From Camelus dromedarius (Eukaryota), in assembly GCF_036321535.1 (NCBI RefSeq), contig NC_087436.1, positions 41,666,001 to 41,730,000 on the forward strand: a stretch of DNA of 64,000 nt, given 5' to 3'. How positions within the stretch are numbered: the first letter of the stretch is position 1; the number at the start of each line of letters is the position of its first letter. This document shows, in pieces, positions 54,580-64,000 of this stretch. A program made the position numbers and the translations under genes. A model generated the notes under the pieces. It did no database searches. It was not told the origin of the DNA and saw nothing but the letters and a program-made list of their open reading frames with translations.

Positions 54580-55030
54580 ACTGAAGTAGTTTTAAATATA
54601 ACTGCAAATTCTTGGATACCCCCTCCCCCAGGCAGAGCTGGAGTCTAATTCTCTCTCTGAATATCGCTGGCCTTGGTGACTCACATTCAGACAAACAATA
54701 CTGCAGAACTGACACCATGACTTCTGAGGCTAAGTTGTAGAAGCTTCCACCTGGCCTCCTTTCCTATATTCTTGTTCTTAGAACCCATCTGACATGGCAT
54801 GAGAAAGTCCAGGACACACACCAAGGACATGTGGAGGTGTTCTGGCTGACAGCCCCTCCTCAAGTCCCAGGTGAGACATGAGGATAAGAAAACCTTCAGA
54901 ATGACTCACACCCAGCTACCAATTGACTGAAACTCCATGGCAGCCCCACTGAGAATTGCCCACCTAAGCCCAGTCATTCCCAGAATCATGAGAGATTTGG
55001 GAGTATGTTATGTGTCGAGATAACTGGAAT
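54580..55030 (+). mobile_element. MLT1H/G-type MaLR LTR
   Basis: ggagtctaattctct...gacttctgaggctaag...gagaattgcccacctaagcccagtc...agataactggaa. Confidence 0.75.
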
Positions 55031-55139
55031 TTACATATTTTATCTAAAATCATCTTTTTATATTTCTCTCACACGTAAGCCCAGGCAGGCAGAAGGTAAG
55101 ACGTCACCTTCCCCTGTAACTTTAAGTTGCATATGTATT

Positions 55140-55370
55140 ACAGACTGATGCAGTATCAGCCACTCCAATTAAGAATTTGAACATTGGAATCAGATACCCT
55201 TGGGTTACAATTATAACCCTACATCACTGTATAATCCTAGGGAAATTACATAATCAAAAACTCAATCTTTAAAATTTAGAAAATAATGGAACCTATCTTG
55301 TTAGTTTTTTTTAAATATAATTAAGAGATGTTAGTCATACAAAGGATCTGGCACAAAGACTAATGCTGCT
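55140..55370 (+). mobile_element. MIR SINE, degenerate
   Basis: ttggaatcagatacccttgggttac...aaataatggaacctatc...ctggcacaaag. Confidence 0.55.
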
Positions 55371-57069
55371 CGCTTGTTGGTTGGAAGACTCATAGAGCGC
55401 GTTTACCTTGACCCCACCTGTACCACTTTAGCCCCACACACAGGCCTGCCCTGGTTCCCACATTGTCCAAATGCTAGTTTTAAATGCTTCTGTCAAAAAT
55501 GCACTAGTCACTTTAAGAAAACATTTAGATGTAAACTGGAGGTGTGCAAACAGAAGAAGTTAACTATATATGTCTACTCTAAAGTTGATTATCACCATAA
55601 CCAATTTCTGGGAGGGCAAGTTTCCAGAGGAATTTGTGTTTATTCCAAGAGGAAGAAGAAATACCCTTTTAATACAAAGATGGCGATTATAATACTGATG
55701 ACAAAGTATACCCGGTTGTCTTAGTACCATACAATATTTTAATTCACACTTTCAGATGCATTATATGTAATGAAATATCCACTGGGAAGAATTAATTCTA
55801 TGGAATCAAGCCAAGTCTGGAACTAGTTTTACCCTCTAACACTCACTTGATTTGAAAAAAGATAATAAAACTCTGAACAGATTTAAATATTTCCAGTTGT
55901 TTCTTAAAATTCTTGATATAATGGGCAAAACTTTTTAATGAAGAACTTTATGACTTATGAAATGCATGACATGAATATACAGATCTCTCACCAGATTTTT
56001 TTTTTAACTGAGGCAACATTCTGACCTATGAGAGCTGAATTTGACAACTTTATTAAAATGAGATGATTTAGGGATGAATTTTCCATTACCCATGCAAATC
56101 TATTGCCCTGAAATCAAGGTTTAATTGCTTTTAAGAATGAAGTAATGGGAGTATATATGTGTTAAAGACAAAAGAATAATATTTAAAATTCATACTTGCT
56201 ATTCTTAAATTCTTAAAAATGTTTTAAATAGCTACTTATGTATTTTCAAGAGTTAAGAGAAACTATTCTACCACCTTAAGTGTGGTATAAGAAAAAGTAT
56301 GATTTCAATGATGCCTAGTATAGATCTGCAAAAGCAAATATCTCATCAAAGCAAGACGTTAACTTTGCTATCCATGGTATGAGTAAAAAGTATTCAAAAA
56401 AGTTTATCCTCAGATAATTGACTTGCACAAACATACACTCCCCTTACCCCAGGGATTTTCCAACAGGCAAGGCAGGTCCAACAATTCCATGCTGTTCATC
56501 AAAAATAACAAAGTACACTAGCTATTGAAAATTATATGGTGACTTAGATATACATGGTAACTTTATTTATTTACTTATTTATTTATTTATTTATTTGTTA
56601 TTGAAGTATAATTGATTTACAATGTTGTTTTACTTTCTGATGTACAGCAAAGTAATTCAGTTATACATATATATATATATAAAAAATATATTATTTTTCA
56701 TATTCTTTTCCATTAAGGTTTATTAAAGGATATTGAACATAGTTCCCTGTGCTATACAGTAGGACCTTGTTGTTTACCTATAATATATATAATAGTTTGT
56801 ACCTTCTAATCCTGAACTCCTAATTTATCCCTCTCCCACTCCTTCTCCCCCTTGTTAACTGTAAGTTTGTTTTCTATGTCTGGGAATATCTTTCTGTTTT
56901 GTAAATAAGTTCATTTGTATCATATTTTAGATTCCACATATACATGATATCATATGGTATTTGCTTTTCTTGTTCTGGCTTACTTCACTTAATATGATAA
57001 TCTTTAGGTCCATCCATGGTGTTGCAAATGGCATTATTTAATTCATTTTTTATGACTGAGTAGTATTCC

Positions 57070-57071
<2 letters not shown>

Positions 57072-57126
<55 letters not shown>
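57072..57126. repeat. (TG)27 microsatellite inside L1
   Basis: Perfect TG run. Confidence 0.97.
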
Positions 57127-57130
<4 letters not shown>

Positions 57131-57996
57131 AAATATATATATATACCACTTGCCTTTATCCATTCATCTGTGGATGGATATTTAGGTTGCTTCCATGTCT
57201 TGGCTATTGTAAATAGTGTTGCTCTGGTGCATGTGTCTTTTCAAATTGGAGTTTTCTCCTGATATATGCCCAGGAGTGGGTTTGCTGGATCATATGGCAA
57301 TTCTATTTTTAGTTTTTTTTAAAGAAGCCTCCATGCTGTTTTCCATAATGGCTGCACCAATTACATTCTTATCAACAATGTAGGAGGGTTCCCTTTTCTT
57401 CACACCCTCTCCAGCATTTATTATTTGTAGATATTTTGATAATGGCTATTCTGACTGGTGTGGGGTGATACCTCATTGTAGTTTTGATTTGCAGTTCTCT
57501 AATAATCAGTGATGTTGAGCATCTTTTCACGTGCCTATTGGTCTTCTGTATAACTTCTTTGAAGAAATGTCTATTTAGATCTTCTGCCCATTTTTGGATT
57601 GGGTTTTTTGTTTGTTTGTTTTGTTTTGTTATTGAATTGTATAAGCTGTTTGTATATTTTGGAAATTAAGCCCTTGTAGGTCACATTGTTTACAAATATT
57701 TTCTCCCAGTCCATAGGTTATTTTTTTGTTTTATGGTTTCCTTTGCTGTGCAAAAGCTTGTAAGTTTCATTAGGTTCCATTTGTTTATTTTTGCTTTTAT
57801 TTCTATTGCCTTAGGAGACTGACCTAAGAAAACTGCTACATTTTATGTCAGAGAATGTTTTGCCTATGTTTTCTTCTAAGAGTTTTATGGTGTCATGTGT
57901 TATGTTTAAATTGTTAAGCCATGTTGAGTTTATTTTTGTGTATGGTGTGAGGGAGTGTTCTAAATTCATTCATTTACATGCAGCTGTCCAGCTTTC

Positions 57997-58575
57997 TCAA
58001 CAGCACTCATTGAAGAGACTGTCTTTTCTCCACTGTATATTTTTGCATCCTTTTTCAAAGATTAATTGACTGTAGGTCTGTAGGTTTATTTGTGGGCTCT
58101 CTATTCTGTTCCATTGATCCACATGTCTGTTTTTGTACCAATAAAATGCTGTTTTCATTACTGTAGCTCTGTAGTATTGTCTGAAGTCTAGGAGGGTTAT
58201 TCCTCCAGCTTCATTCTTTTTCTTCAGTAATGCTTTGGTAATTCTTTTGTGATTCCATATCAATTTTAGGATTCTTTGTTTTAAGTCTGTGAAAAATGTC
58301 CTGGATAATTCGATAGGTATCGCATTTAATCTGTAGATTGCTTTGGGTAGTATGACGGTTTTAACAATATTCATTCTTCTAATCCAAGAACATAGGATAT
58401 TTTTCCATTTCTTTAACTCATCTTCAGTTTCCTTTATCAGTGTTCTGTAGTTCTCAGCATGTAAATCTTTCATCTCCTTGGGCAGCTTTATTCCTAAGTA
58501 TTTTATTTTTTGATGAAATTTAACGGATTTTTTTTTTAATTTCTGATATTTAATTGTTAATGTAAAGAAATGCAA
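57997..58575 (-). pseudogene. LINE-1 ORF2p remnant (RT C-terminal/thumb region)
   Basis: KIKYLGI...[16 protein letters not shown]...[13 protein letters not shown]...[17 protein letters not shown]...DQWNRIE are hallmark L1 ORF2 motifs. Frames are broken on both sides. Confidence 0.95.
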
Positions 58576-58944
58576 CCAATTTCTGTATGTTAATCTTGTA
58601 TCTTGCTACCTTGCACAATTTATTAGTTCTAATAGTTTTTTGTGTGGAGCTTTTAGGGTTTTACATATATAGCATCATGTCATCTGCATATGCATGACAG
58701 TGTTACCTCTTCCCTTCCAATTTGGATCCCTTTTATTTTTTATTTACTTATTTATTTATTTATTTTTGGCTGATTGCTATGACTAGGACTTCCAACGCAA
58801 TGTTGAAGAAAAATGGTGAGAAATTTTCTTGTTTGAGATTTTAGCAGGAAGGCTTTAAGCTTTTCACCGTTGAGTGTTATGTTGACTGTGGGTTTGTCAT
58901 AGTTTTTATTATGTTGAGCTATGTTCCCTCTATACTTACTATTC

Positions 58945-59110
58945 TAGCATTTATTACACTGGATTATAATTTTGTTTACATCACTGTATATTACAGTTAT
59001 CTGGTAAACTTCAAAAAAGACAAGGGACATGGGTCTTTTGTTCATTTCAGTATCTCCAGTGTACTAATAACTGATGGAATTACATGTCCAGTGAATATTT
59101 TTAAGTGAAT
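58945..59110 (+). mobile_element. L2 3' end fragment
   Basis: gacaagggacatgggtcttttgttcatttcagtatctccagtg. Confidence 0.6.
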
Positions 59111-60269
59111 CCATAAAAGATTCACCCAAATATCCCTAGATTCCACCCAAGAAATTTATATTAAATTAAGGAAATAATTTTGGAGGATAATGGCTCTTCT
59201 TAAATACAGTGCAACTCAGCAGACAATCATGTTTATTTAATGCTTGATATGTATAATGTGTGATATATGCTAAAATAGGAAAATTCTGTGGTGTTATGAA
59301 GTCAGATAGGAAGGATGCAAAACCCCAACATGTACACAAGAATAGAACATCCTGATAAAAGTGTGCCTTTTAAGAGTCTCCCAAATTTGGAGCCCTTCAA
59401 ATTTGTAAGAGATAATAGACGTTTCCTTCACCTAAATTAAAATAACCTCACTTACGTAATTTAGTTATAATTAATTCTGGTTTAATAAGTTGGATATTTT
59501 TATAAGATAGTTTAACTGTTAGGTTATTTAGTTAATTTTTGTTGTTTTTGCTTTTATTTCTTTTTTGCTTTTGGTTGGTTGATTTTTGTCTTGGAAAAAA
59601 TACATGTTTATACTTATCGCACAAGTGATGAAGCTCTCCTTCTATGTCACTAAGTTATATGAAGAACATAAGTAAACTTGAGCTCATAACCTTCAGTGAG
59701 AGATTGGAAAGTTCTCTACTAGTGAAAATAACCAGTTACTGGGTTCGGTAGTAGCTTACAAAGGGTGATGAAATAATATAGCTGGTATCTATTGAGATTC
59801 TGATCTTATCAGTTAGAAAAAGGGGTTGAAGAAAAAATACCTCTAGGCCATACAGTATCACCAGCCACTAACATACCAAATATGTGGAATGACAAAGCAG
59901 GTGTACCGAATCACTAAAGGACCCCCTTGAATTTAGGGTGGTAGTAGAGTGTATGTTATTTGCACTATACAATAGAATAGATAGGGTATAGATTAAACTC
60001 TGTTTACAATAACTATTAACTTTTAAGACACAAAAATTTTTCTAAAATAGGTTTTTGCAACTCTGATGCTATACTGTCTGGATTGTGACCTTGACACTCT
60101 AATGGATTAGCTGTGAACATTTGGAAATGTTACTTATTTGTCTTAGAATCAGTTATATATTTCTCAGAGAATACTGTAAAATAGAAGGACAAACAATACC
60201 TTGCTTCGAATGTTTATGGTTTGATTTAAAGAAGATAATATATGAATTACTTAGCAGAATGCTGAGTTG

Positions 60270-60600
60270 TAGGCAGAGTGCTAACATTCAGCAATACCCG
60301 TGTTCTTCTTCTTCATCTAGTAATAATTCTAAACTATTTTCTAGCAACCTAGCAGATACGTGGGATCATGTGACACTTATGGATAACTACAATGTGGACA
60401 GAAATTATATATTTAAAACCTCCAAAACTTACATAAAATATCCCATAAACAGTCTTCATCAGTTTCCATTTATGAGGTTGGATACATTTGAAAATCACTA
60501 CATGGGCAAGCTGTTATCTTTGAATGAATACGTGGAGCAGAGACCCACGTTGGCCTGTGACTTTTGGCTAAAATAAATATTCATCTACTGAGCTTGCTTT
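60270..60600 (+). mobile_element. Old ERVL/MaLR LTR remnant
   Basis: cctagcagatacgtgggatcatgtgacac; ctttgaatgaatacgtggagcagagaccc. Confidence 0.45.
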
Positions 60601-61031
60601 GGTTGATGAGGTTGGAAAATGTGCTGTTTATACTGTGTGTAGATTGTTATGAGCCATATTTAGTTAGATATTCAATATAGAGGGAGCACACAGAGAGGGA
60701 GTTCTCAACAATCTGGTGGACAGTATTACCTGATTTCTGAATATTATTGCATTAGTTTCTTACTGGAACTATAGCAAATTATCAGAATTATAATGGCTTT
60801 AAATAAAAAAAATTATTAGTTTTAAAGTTCAGAAGTCTTAAAATCATGTCAGCTGTTTCCTATATAAACATTCTTCAAAATATAATTCAGAACAAAGGGT
60901 GGTCAATGCCTTGCTTTGGAAGACATGTAGAAACCTAAGAGATTCGTGGAGGATTCTCTCTCTCCCCTAACAAGGGCTATTGTATTTCTGATCCATTTTT
61001 GAGCATTAAGCTAATAACAAATCTAGCTTCT

Positions 61032-61250
61032 TGTGGTAGAAAGAATCATGCCTTTCCCCAAAGACATCCACATCCTAATCACAAGAAAATGTGAATATTT
61101 TAGGTCGTGTGGTTAAGGATCTTGCAATGGAAGGTTATCTTATATTATCTTAATAAGTCCAATATATTAATAAGGGTACTTATAAGAGGACGGCTGGATA
61201 ATCAGAGTCAGAGAAGGAGGCATCACAGAAACAAAAGCAGAGAGAATTAT
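61032..61250 (+). mobile_element. MLT1C/D-type LTR 5' part
   Basis: tgtggtagaaagaatcatgcctttccccaaagacatccacatcctaatc...ggttaaggatcttgcaatgg. Confidence 0.75.
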
Positions 61251-61259
61251 TCTGTTGAA

Positions 61260-61850
61260 TTAGGTAAGATATGATTGTGGCCTAGTCAAATACAATGGCT
61301 GTAGAATTGATGATGACTGTTAGCATTTTGTTTTGTTTTGTTTTAGGTTTTTTTTTTTTTTTTTTTGAGGGAGGTAATTAGGTTCATTTATTTATTTATT
61401 TGATGGAGGTACTGGGGGTTGAACCCAGGACCTTGTGCATGCTAAACATGCGCTCTACCATTTGAGCTATACCCTCCCTCCGTTAGCATTTTTGATATAT
61501 TGATAAAGTATAATCAATGGGAATTGCTGCCACCTTGAGTAAAAGCTGGAAGAGGGGATGAATCAAGGGTAATTCAGGATGATTCCAAAGTTTTTGTTCT
61601 GACCAAATGGAAGATGGACTTCAGATCAGTTGAGATGGGGAATATTACATGTGGTTTAGGTTTGAGGGAAAATCAAGAATTTAGTTTTGGATATGTTGTA
61701 CTTGTGATATCTGTATTAGACGTCCAGGTGGAGAACTGGATCAGTATGTTAATAATACAGAGATATAAATTTGAGAGTTATTTACATAAAGAGGGGGTTT
61801 GATACCATGGGGCTAGAAGAGACTGCCACATTGACTGAGAAAAGAATCAG
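61260..61850 (-). mobile_element. L2 LINE fragment, interrupted by SINE
   Basis: ggatgattccaaagttttt; aatcaagaatttagttttggatatgttg; attagacgtccaggtggaga. Confidence 0.7.
61330..61481 (-). mobile_element. tRNA-derived SINE, camelid Vic-1 type
   Basis: Reverse complement GGGAGGGTATAGCTCAAATGGTAGAGCGCATG...GGTTCAACCCCCAGTACCTCC with poly(A) tail. Perfect 11-bp TSD gttagcatttt (61319-61329 / 61482-61492). Confidence 0.93.
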
Positions 61851-64000
61851 AGAAAATGCCAATCTGGATTTAACTTACTTCATAAATCATACTTGCCAGA
61901 GAAAGAAATATTGAATAGAATTAAACTTTAGAAAAAATAATTCTTGTAAGTTCTAAAGGAAAAAAAGACATCATCCTATAGCCAGGCTCAAGACAGACTG
62001 TGATTATCAAAGCTAAAATGTTGACATTGATAATGCAATCAGAAATTGAGGCAGCATATCTGCAGATAGCAGTAGAATACATGTAGTTGCTCATTAATCG
62101 GTTTATACCTTTATAAATATTTTTAAAAGATGGAAGGATGGAATAAGTAAAATGCTAAAAATTTACACTGTCTCAGAAGCTAAAGAATAAAATGAGTTGA
62201 TCTTTCAGAAACAGTAAAATAATTACTTGGACTAGACCATGGAAAAAAGAGAGACTGAGATAAATAAAGAGCACTATGTCTTTAAATTAGATTGCATAAC
62301 ATCTAAGAACACAATCAGTTCTCAAGCATTTTTCACATATACCCATCCCAGTTCATTTTCATGGTCATTCATTACTTTGGCTCAGATATTGACCATCTGG
62401 CTGCTAGCAACCAAAATTGGGTAGAATTTCTGTCTATTTTTTTCTACAAGGCACTCTACAAACAGCATTTCTTTACTAACACAAGAAATCTTTATAACCA
62501 AATGCAGATATTTAATAGTTCACACACACATTGGCTTGTTTCCTCATGCAGCAAAATGTAAAGCGGCATTCCTGTCTAGTTGCATGGTGTAAATTGTTAA
62601 TAGTCTTTGGTCAGCCAGCAAGTACTTCTTTCCAAAGTTCCCAAAAAAGGGTTAACTTTTTAAATGGCTTTTTCTATTCACTCTTTCTCAATATATATTA
62701 TTCAACTAGGAAACTACCTTTCTGCTTCCCACCACTTTTCCCAGCAAAATCTATCACAGAAAAGTAAAGTAGATTTACTACCATGCTCTCATTTCTAGAT
62801 GGCAGTGAAAATAATTTTAATTCACTAGAATGAAAATGTATCTTCTGTAAACTAATTATGCAAATAAGTAGTTAGATAAACTTCAGGTAAATTCTTTGAA
62901 TTATGCAGTTTTGATGACAAAAGAATTAAGCATTAATGATCACTTCATATTATTTCCTAAGTACACTCGTTTTACTAATGTATGACAAAATAATTGGGAA
63001 TTAAACTTGAACTGCAAAGTATATATGAAAAAGATCATAAATGTATAGTTTTATCTTTTGAAAATACCTTATGGAAGCAGTATAATTATCATTGCTAATA
63101 ATAGTATTCCCATTCTCTTTTTATCACTTGCCTCTCTCTGTAAAAAAAAAAGAAAGTAAGTATGTGAAGTTTCTTTCAGTAAAGTGCAACTCAATGAAAG
63201 TAACATTCTGGCTTACTCTTTGGTGATCCCTAAAGCTAGTATTGTTCAAATTTGTAGCTGTTTAGTTACTTAGTTATACTTATCTATATTCTAGAAGAGG
63301 ACAACCAATACACTGCAAAGTATTGGTTGGGTTACAAAAGTTCTTATTCTTCCTCAACTGTCACTTTTAACCAACTAATTTTCTCAAAGTTGAGAAAAAA
63401 ATTAAATAAATGGGCATTAAGGAACAAAAATCAGAGTTCTGCCAGTCCCATCCAGTTCTTCTGGTAACCATGCATAAAGTGGTTATCACCTAAAGTTTGG
63501 AAGCGAGGTAATTAAACATTTTAAGTTGTCATTCAGTCGTATTACTTGTATAAACTCTATGTATTTGAGATTTAGATTCAAAATACGTTTAAGTAATTTG
63601 CATACATTTAGTTTATTCATTTATTTATCAATGAAACAGATGGCTTTCTTTCCTGATAGTAAGTATATATAAGTTATTAGAAATGACATTGTTGATAATT
63701 ATCATGATGATAGTGATGATTGTGTATTATTCAGTTGTTTAAACTTTTCTTTATATAAATTCTTTCCTTATTAACAGAAGCTGCAAAACGATACTACTGT
63801 TCAAAAAAAGTTTTTTTTTCAGTGTTGCCTTGACATTGGAAATAGTATTTGTAATCAACACAATTCTATAACAAATGACAGATCATTAAGTATAGTTTTA
63901 AATTTTGAATCTTATGTGTCATTTGCTGATGGGTCAAACCTGAAATACAGTGTAAAAATAATAGTTTCAGGGATGTATCAGGCAAATAAAGAAGAGATCC

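Larger units (their letters stand above)
56561..58940 (-). mobile_element. Younger LINE-1, 5'-truncated (~2.4 kb)
   Basis: (TTTA)n tail at 56561-56600, well-preserved 3' UTR and ORF2. RT catalytic motif YADDM at ~58676-58690. Confidence 0.95.

Noticed and set aside
59730..59925. Partial inverted match ttcggta...taccgaa suggesting transposon TIRs
   Set aside because: Only 7 bp, with no TSD or family motif recognised
60121..60576. 151-aa ORF
   Set aside because: TTG start, overlaps an LTR remnant, no domain or splice context
472..62767. The many 60-151 aa ORFs in the supplied track
   Set aside because: Low-complexity F/L/I/K-rich translations typical of AT-rich non-coding DNA or repeat antisense frames. 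Many start at TTG/GTG. None has a recognisable domain except the L1 ORF2 remnants.

Overview
AT-rich, CpG-depleted mammalian genomic DNA, most likely camelid (camel/alpaca/llama), based on two copies of a tRNA-derived SINE matching the camelid Vic-1 type (2340-2472 +, 61330-61481 -). Most of the window is non-coding and filled with interspersed repeats: old L1M-type LINEs, one younger L1 with a readable ORF2 remnant (56.6-58.9 kb), L2, MIR, MLT1/ERVL-type LTRs, hAT DNA transposon remnants (MER58A-, MER63-like) and microsatellites. No intact gene, RNA gene, CpG island or CRISPR array is recognisable, and nearly all listed ORFs are chance or repeat-derived. The only gene-like signals are splice-site chains in the first ~9.3 kb. 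One is a + strand three-exon 3' end (to 90; 234-~258; 3020-~3135 with AATAAA) with inconsistent frames and donor, possibly a decayed gene. The other is a convergent - strand pair (45-nt exon at 9233-9277 plus a possible terminal exon from 7161). I could not name either gene. I see no convincing novel biological system. Repeat family names and boundaries come from recall of consensus sequences and are approximate.
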